A DNA stretch of 64,000 nt from Candidatus Zixiibacteriota bacterium (lineage in GTDB: Bacteria; Zixibacteria; MSB-5A5; WJJR01; JAJRUJ01), in the NCBI GenBank assembly GCA_024277855.1, contig JAJRUJ010000113.1, forward strand, positions 8,889 to 72,888, in the 5' to 3' direction. Each line of letters begins with the position of its first letter. Positions within the stretch are counted from its first letter, which is position 1. The translations under genes were made by a program, and so were the position numbers. Below the pieces are notes generated by a model. The model did no database searches. It saw only the letters and a program-made list of their open reading frames with translations, and was not told the DNA's origin. This document shows, piece after piece, positions 58,586 through 64,000 of the stretch.

Positions 58586-59379
58586 CACAACCATCAACAA
58601 ATATCACCGGTATTCCCAAACCAACCGTCGTGATCCTGGCGGGAGGCAAGGGACGGCGGTTGTTGCCCTACACAACGTCGTTCCCTAAACCATTGATGCC
58701 CCTGGGCGACCGTCCCATCCTGGAAATCATCCTGCGCCAATTGGCTCGCGATGGTTTCGACAAAATCACATTGGCCGTTGGTCATCTGGCGTCATTAATC
58801 GAGGCATATTGCGGCGACGGCGCGGCGTTCGGCGTCGAACTTTCATATTTGCATGAGGACACGCCCCTCGGCACAGCCGGGCCGCTGACCCAGCTTTCCC
58901 AGGCGGCCGAACACCTGCTGGTCCTCAACGGTGACATCCTCACCGACCTGGACTTTGCTGAATTCTATGCCGGTCATGTGCGACAGGGAGCAACGGCGAC
59001 AATTATGACCACCAAACAGCATCTTTCAATCGACTATGGCGTCTTACAAACCGACGACCGGGGATTCCTGCTATCCTATGATGAAAAACCACAACTGACA
59101 GTCCAGGTATCCGGCGGGGTTTATGCTTTCGCCCGGCGGGCGCTGTCCCATATCCCCCACGGGTGTCGGTTTGATTTCCCCGATTTAATTAGTGCGCTGC
59201 TCGACCGGGCCGAACCGGTCGCCACCCGGCAGTACCCCGGCCATTGGCTGGATATCGGACGTCGAGATGATTATGAACAAGCCGCAGAGTTGTTTGCCCA
59301 ACAGAGAGAATTATTTTTGCCGTCCGAAGCAATAGTCAACCATCCGTCGGGCGAGGTATTTACTCAAAATGTAAAGTAG
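58582..59379 (+). CDS. Sugar-phosphate nucleotidyltransferase
   Basis: ILAGGKG.RL.P.T..PKPL, LGTAG, NGD, WLDIG. Confidence 0.88.
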   Translation: MTQPSTNITGIPKPTVVILAGGKGRRLLPYTTSFPKPLMPLGDRPILEIILRQLARDGFDKITLAVGHLASLIEAYCGDGAAFGVELSYLHEDTPLGTAGPLTQLSQAAEHLLVLNGDILTDLDFAEFYAGHVRQGATATIMTTKQHLSIDYGVLQTDDRGFLLSYDEKPQLTVQVSGGVYAFARRALSHIPHGCRFDFPDLISALLDRAEPVATRQYPGHWLDIGRRDDYEQAAELFAQQRELFLPSEAIVNHPSGEVFTQNVK

Positions 59380-59397
59380 AGGGAATCGGGATACGTA

Positions 59398-60588
59398 ATG
59401 CAGGAAACTGCCGCCAACAGCACAGTAGTAGACCTTACCTCGCGGTTTCAAATTGGCCGTCGCGGTACGTCAGGCATTGCAACTCCGATTCGCCGAAAGA
59501 CGGCCGCGCGTGCCGAAGTCATTGAGGCGGTCACCGACTGGTTGTTGCGGGCAGAAACCGTCGCCGAGGGCGCCGGTATTTCGGGATCATATCATCTACA
59601 ATCAGGTTGGGCCTCTCCCTCGTTGCCGGTTTCGGCCATGGCGATATCGTCGCTGCTCGGTCTCCCGCAATCGCTCAACAGTCGATTCCACGACATAGGC
59701 CGACGTCTCGGCAAAAACCTTATTGACTGTTTTCGGGCCAATGAGAATAGTCTTGAGCGGCAAACCGACGCCGCGTTGGTCGCAATCACTTCCGGGACGA
59801 TATCAAGCGCCGCCGCCCTGGTCGGGCAGGCCCCTGGCGATCAGACTGTTTTGGCCATGCTTCACGCCGGTACTTTATTGGCTGAAAAATGCCGGGAACA
59901 TGACCATGCCGACTGCTTATGTCTATCAGACCTGGCCCGGGCCGCCCGGGCGCTCCTCCAATTGCCGCTCCCCGCTCTCGATGGACAACTCTGCGCCTCG
60001 GCCTTCGATTGCGGCGAAAAAGTTTGCCGCCGGATTGCCGACGACGGTTACCCCCGAGGGTCCAGGGATCGCGCAATCACCGGCCCGGCGCTGATCGAAA
60101 TCAGCCATACACTTTACCATTTGTGGACAGCGGGTAAAACGGCAAATGAAAACCACTGGTGTGATGCGGCCGCCCGAGGCGCCGAGAAATTGCTGCAACT
60201 ATACGCGAAAAATCGAATGCTCGCGGGACGATATGGTCCCGATTGGCACGGCGACCATTCATTCAGTTGTCTGGCGGGCTGTGCGCAAACCGCGCTGCTG
60301 TGGTTGAATCTTTATCAACATACCAAATCCCGAGAGTATCTCCACGCCGCTCAACGACTAAACCGATTTATCGCCGCCACTATCGATATCCACAATCCCG
60401 ATCCCGGGATCCGTGGCGGTGTACGGGCCGGTTACCCGCTCTGGGTGAACTACCATCCGCTGACCTATCAAACCGAAGCGGCCATTCTGGCGCTGAATAG
60501 TTTCCTCACCGAGAAACAAGCAACCGAAGTCGATATGCCGATTCGTAAGTTGCGCCTGGTCCGCCCGGCGCCGAGCAGGCATATCTGA
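59398..60588 (+). CDS. Alpha/alpha-toroid protein (prenyltransferase or glycoside hydrolase-like fold), apparently degenerate
   Basis: DWLLRA..GISGSY..GW, CLAGCAQ.A..W, RGGVRAGYP.W..Y. Confidence 0.5.
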   Translation: MQETAANSTVVDLTSRFQIGRRGTSGIATPIRRKTAARAEVIEAVTDWLLRAETVAEGAGISGSYHLQSGWASPSLPVSAMAISSLLGLPQSLNSRFHDIGRRLGKNLIDCFRANENSLERQTDAALVAITSGTISSAAALVGQAPGDQTVLAMLHAGTLLAEKCREHDHADCLCLSDLARAARALLQLPLPALDGQLCASAFDCGEKVCRRIADDGYPRGSRDRAITGPALIEISHTLYHLWTAGKTANENHWCDAAARGAEKLLQLYAKNRMLAGRYGPDWHGDHSFSCLAGCAQTALLWLNLYQHTKSREYLHAAQRLNRFIAATIDIHNPDPGIRGGVRAGYPLWVNYHPLTYQTEAAILALNSFLTEKQATEVDMPIRKLRLVRPAPSRHI

Positions 60589-60607
60589 AGCCCGGAGGGA
60601 GGCCGGC

Positions 60608-61420
60608 ATGGTTACTACCACAAATCGGGTCCTGGAATATACGACATTGCCTCAAGAGTTGTCTGCCGTGCAGGGTCGGAATCTGAACGGCCGCGTCGCG
60701 GTTGTTTCCGGCGCTTCTCACGGTATCGGGAGATGTGTCGCCTTGCATCTGGCCCAACACGGGGCGGCGATTGCGGTCAATTATTTCCAATCGCCCGATG
60801 ATGCAGAGACTGTGACACAAACTATCAGATCGTTTCATACCGACGTTCTCCCGGTCTGCGCGGATATCCGCAGCGAGGACGCTACTCAACAAATGGTAAA
60901 TGAGATCATCGAAGAATTCGGCCGCGTGGACATCCTGGTCAACAATGCCGGGATCAATCGTGATGTTTGTTTTCACCAAATGACCCGGCGGGCCTGGGAT
61001 GAAGTGCTCAGTGTCAATTTGGCGGGTGTGTTCAATTTGACCCGCGCGATCATCAACCCGATGCGCCAGCGCAAGTATGGCAAAATAATAAACATCGCGT
61101 CCATGGCGGGCCAATGCGGTGCAACGTGCCAGACAAACTACGCCGCCGCCAAATCCGCAATTATCGGCTTTACCAAATCTCTCGCCCGGGAAAACGCAGA
61201 AATGGGCATTGTTGTCAACGCGGTGGCCCCGGGATGCATCGAGACCCGCGCCCTGCAATCGCTGCCCAAAAATGAGAGAGACAAACTATTAGCGACCATC
61301 CCGATGAAACGGTTCGGCCGCCCGGAAGAAGTGGCCCAGGTTGTCGGTTTTCTCGCCAGCGACCATTCGCGGTACATCACCGGGCAAATCATCGGCATCA
61401 ATGGCGGGCAATACATGTGA
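60608..61420 (+). CDS. SDR family oxidoreductase (FabG-like)
   Basis: SGASHGIG, NNAG, NYAAAK, VAPG, ITGQ. Confidence 0.9.
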   Translation: MVTTTNRVLEYTTLPQELSAVQGRNLNGRVAVVSGASHGIGRCVALHLAQHGAAIAVNYFQSPDDAETVTQTIRSFHTDVLPVCADIRSEDATQQMVNEIIEEFGRVDILVNNAGINRDVCFHQMTRRAWDEVLSVNLAGVFNLTRAIINPMRQRKYGKIINIASMAGQCGATCQTNYAAAKSAIIGFTKSLARENAEMGIVVNAVAPGCIETRALQSLPKNERDKLLATIPMKRFGRPEEVAQVVGFLASDHSRYITGQIIGINGGQYM

Positions 61421-61460
61421 GCCCGGCGTATCCCCATTTATCGAATAATCGATATAACAA

Positions 61461-63632
61461 ATGATGAAATCAGCACAGCAAATAACGCTCAAACTGGCTA
61501 AACGCCTGCGGCACCGTCGGGAGAAATATCTTTCTTATCTGCATACTCCCGCACCCAGCGACTCACTGCCGAAGAAAAATAATCGGCAAGCTGATCCGGG
61601 GAAACACGGCCCGGAGGCCGTCATTTTTTTCACGCCGGAGCAGCGAAAAAACCTGGCCAAATTGGCTCTGAAACATAGTCCCGTATCGTGCCGCGCCACC
61701 ATCGATCGGGCCGACCAACTTTGCGCGGGCCAATTATTTGTCTTCGGCGACCGGGTCGACATATCGTCAAAAATCGATTGGCATACCGACCCCCGCACCG
61801 GCCATTCCTGGCCGGACAAACCGGCGGCCCAAATCCCGCTGATTTACTACGACGACAAGTCCGACGTGAAAGCACCCTGGGAATTGGCCCGATTTCAATT
61901 TTTCAATGACCTGGGGCGGGCCTTCGCCTACACCGACGATGCCCGGTATGTGCGATTGGCGCGACGGACCATCGAGTCGTTTTACCGGGTTAACCCGTTG
62001 GGAATCGGCATACATTGGGCCAATCCGATGGAAGCCGCGATTCGCGCGGCAAACTGGATTGTCGCCGATGCGTTTTTTGCCGGTGCGACAGAATGGGATG
62101 CACCATTCAGAAATCGGTTGAAAGTACTGCTCTACGATCACGGGCGTTTTATCCGTTCACACCTCGAAAACGACGGACACGGAATCAACAACAATCATTA
62201 TACCGCAAACCTGGCCGGGCTGTTTATTATCGGTCTGTACCTGAGCGAAATCGATCCTGGTCGCTTATGGTCACAATTCGCTGTCGATGAACTCGATCGC
62301 GAGATCGATTTGCAAATCCTCCCGGATGGCGTCCACTATGAAAATTCGGTCGGGTATCATCGCCTGACATTTGAAATGTTATTTTACACATACCGTCTTG
62401 GTTTGCTCAACGGCATAGGCGAAGTCAGACGCTGGGAACCTGCCTTGCAACGAATGGCGGCATTTACCGAAAACATCATCATGCCCAATGGGCGGGCACC
62501 CGATTTCGGTGATAACGATGACGGGCTATGGCTTGGCTCTCCCCCGCGACCACCGGACGACCACAAATATATTGTCGCGATGGCCGCTGCACAGTTTGGC
62601 CGAACTGACCCGGCATCGTTATTCACCAGCGACAACGAACCACCCGAAGAATCAACCTGGTACCTTAATTATAAAACCGCCAAATCGGGCAAAATCCCGG
62701 CAGCCGGGCGCGTAGTTTATGACAAGTCGATTTCGAAACGGAGTGACGAAAATAGCCGGGTATCGAGTGTCTTTCGGGCATCGGGATTAGTTGTTTTCCG
62801 ATCCGACAACGGCTATGTTCTCGTTTCGGCCAATCCGGTCGGCACCGGCGGAATCGGCGGCCACAAACACAACGATCTGCTTTCTTACGTCTTTACCGTC
62901 GGTGACTCCGAAATCGTCGTCGATCCGGGAACGTATGCCTACACTGCCGACCCCGCCCTGCGCAACCAACTGCGCTCTACGGCCGCCCACAATACGGTGA
63001 CCGTCGACCGGGCCGAACAAAACCGATTTTACCCGCGCCAATTGTTCTGGGTTCGGGATGATGCCCAGCCGGAGATCTGCGCAATTTCATCGAATAAGGT
63101 CGCAGACCGTCTGGTCGTCCGGCATGATGGCTACCGACGACTCAACGGCAACGTCATTCATACGCGGCGTTTTAATTTCGATAAGGTCCATAATATTCTG
63201 GTCATTCGCGATGAATTGACCGGCAGAGGGATACACGACATTGAATCTGCGATTAATCTCGGCGACGGCACTGTCGAAATGCTCGATGCCGATCGAATTG
63301 TCCTTACATTTTCCACTCGGCGGCAGGCCGGTTTCCTCCTGGACAACAGCCAGGGCCTGACCGGCAGACTCATGCCCGGTTGGCGCTCGCGTCAATACCG
63401 GCATAAATCCCCAATGATGAGAATCGTCCGACGCGGCCATGTGCCTCTTCCCTTTAGTTGGACCACGGTGGTCGGGGTATTTGAATCCGAAGTGGACTGG
63501 GACCACCTGCAATGTGCCCTCGTCGACGCAATTGAGAACGATTCGAACAGCGATTCGAACAGCGATTCGAACAGCGATTCGACCGTTCGCTTCCAACAAC
63601 CAGAGTTGATAATAAATGGTGAGATAGCATGA
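61461..63632 (+). CDS. Heparinase II/III family protein
   Basis: DVKAPWELAR, NNHY, DGVHYENS.GYH, GDND, GHKHND, DPGTYAY, HNTV. Confidence 0.9.
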   Translation: MMKSAQQITLKLAKRLRHRREKYLSYLHTPAPSDSLPKKNNRQADPGKHGPEAVIFFTPEQRKNLAKLALKHSPVSCRATIDRADQLCAGQLFVFGDRVDISSKIDWHTDPRTGHSWPDKPAAQIPLIYYDDKSDVKAPWELARFQFFNDLGRAFAYTDDARYVRLARRTIESFYRVNPLGIGIHWANPMEAAIRAANWIVADAFFAGATEWDAPFRNRLKVLLYDHGRFIRSHLENDGHGINNNHYTANLAGLFIIGLYLSEIDPGRLWSQFAVDELDREIDLQILPDGVHYENSVGYHRLTFEMLFYTYRLGLLNGIGEVRRWEPALQRMAAFTENIIMPNGRAPDFGDNDDGLWLGSPPRPPDDHKYIVAMAAAQFGRTDPASLFTSDNEPPEESTWYLNYKTAKSGKIPAAGRVVYDKSISKRSDENSRVSSVFRASGLVVFRSDNGYVLVSANPVGTGGIGGHKHNDLLSYVFTVGDSEIVVDPGTYAYTADPALRNQLRSTAAHNTVTVDRAEQNRFYPRQLFWVRDDAQPEICAISSNKVADRLVVRHDGYRRLNGNVIHTRRFNFDKVHNILVIRDELTGRGIHDIESAINLGDGTVEMLDADRIVLTFSTRRQAGFLLDNSQGLTGRLMPGWRSRQYRHKSPMMRIVRRGHVPLPFSWTTVVGVFESEVDWDHLQCALVDAIENDSNSDSNSDSNSDSTVRFQQPELIINGEIA
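63539..63582 (+). repeat. 12-bp VNTR (CGATTCGAACAG x3.7) encoding DSNS repeats
   Basis: Direct tandem copies visible. Confidence 0.9.
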
Positions 63633-64000
63633 GCATTCGCGGGCAAAATATCATTTGTCTGGCATCGCAGAATTACGACGATCTCTGGACTCGAAAACAA
63701 CGCTGGATGAACCGTCTGGCCGCCGACAATCGTGTTCTTTGGGTCGATTTGCAGGTGCATGCCCTCACCTGGCTGCGCACCCCGAAGCAAAACCGCCGAC
63801 GGTTTTTTACCGGCAACCTTCGCCAAGAAGCGGAAAACCTCTGGGTCTATACTCCACCGGTTACGATTCCATTTTTCCAGATGTCGGGCGCGCTGTGCCG
63901 GGCGCACAATGTCGTATTAAATCGCCTCATCCGGAAACAATTGGCCAATCTCGGTTTTGAGAAGAATGTGCTCTGGCTTTATACGCCTTACAATGCATAC
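63629..64000 (+). CDS. Glycosyltransferase N-terminus (truncated by window edge)
   Basis: ATGA overlap; MSIRGQNIICLASQNYDDLWTRKQRWMNRLA..RVLWVD; open to the window end. Confidence 0.75.
   Translation, partial: MSIRGQNIICLASQNYDDLWTRKQRWMNRLAADNRVLWVDLQVHALTWLRTPKQNRRRFFTGNLRQEAENLWVYTPPVTIPFFQMSGALCRAHNVVLNRLIRKQLANLGFEKNVLWLYTPYNAY

Overview
Bacterial chromosomal window, moderately GC-rich, probably from a diderm (lipoproteins, LpoB, Wza-like export). The taxon cannot be fixed from sequence alone. Most of the window is housekeeping: an HD-GYP regulator, tRNA-Gly, lpoB, recN, an NSS transporter, split LKR/saccharopine dehydrogenase, oligopeptidase B, a DtxR-type regulator, murQ, coaX, PhoU/NaPi, a 12-PAS histidine kinase and the start of a polysaccharide locus (rmlACBD, wza-like, wecB, heparinase II/III-like). 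The main candidate for a new system is a compact minus-strand cluster at about 7.8-16.8 kb. It encodes a phage-like head module: a prohead protease fused to a degenerate ATP-dependent ligase-like region, holin-like, scaffold-like and decoration proteins, an HK97-type major capsid protein and a connector-like protein, plus two Sec-secreted proteins. I recognise no portal, large terminase, tape measure, integrase or replication gene in it. The cluster diverges from a promoter containing a palindromic GAAC-N4-GTTC (LexA-type) box. That promoter precedes a Zn-ribbon gene, a broken RAYT and a Ski2/Hel308-like helicase with a nested winged-helix ORF. Together this suggests a domesticated, possibly SOS-linked capsid, GTA-like or nanocompartment system. 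All family assignments come from motif recognition by eye, not database searches.
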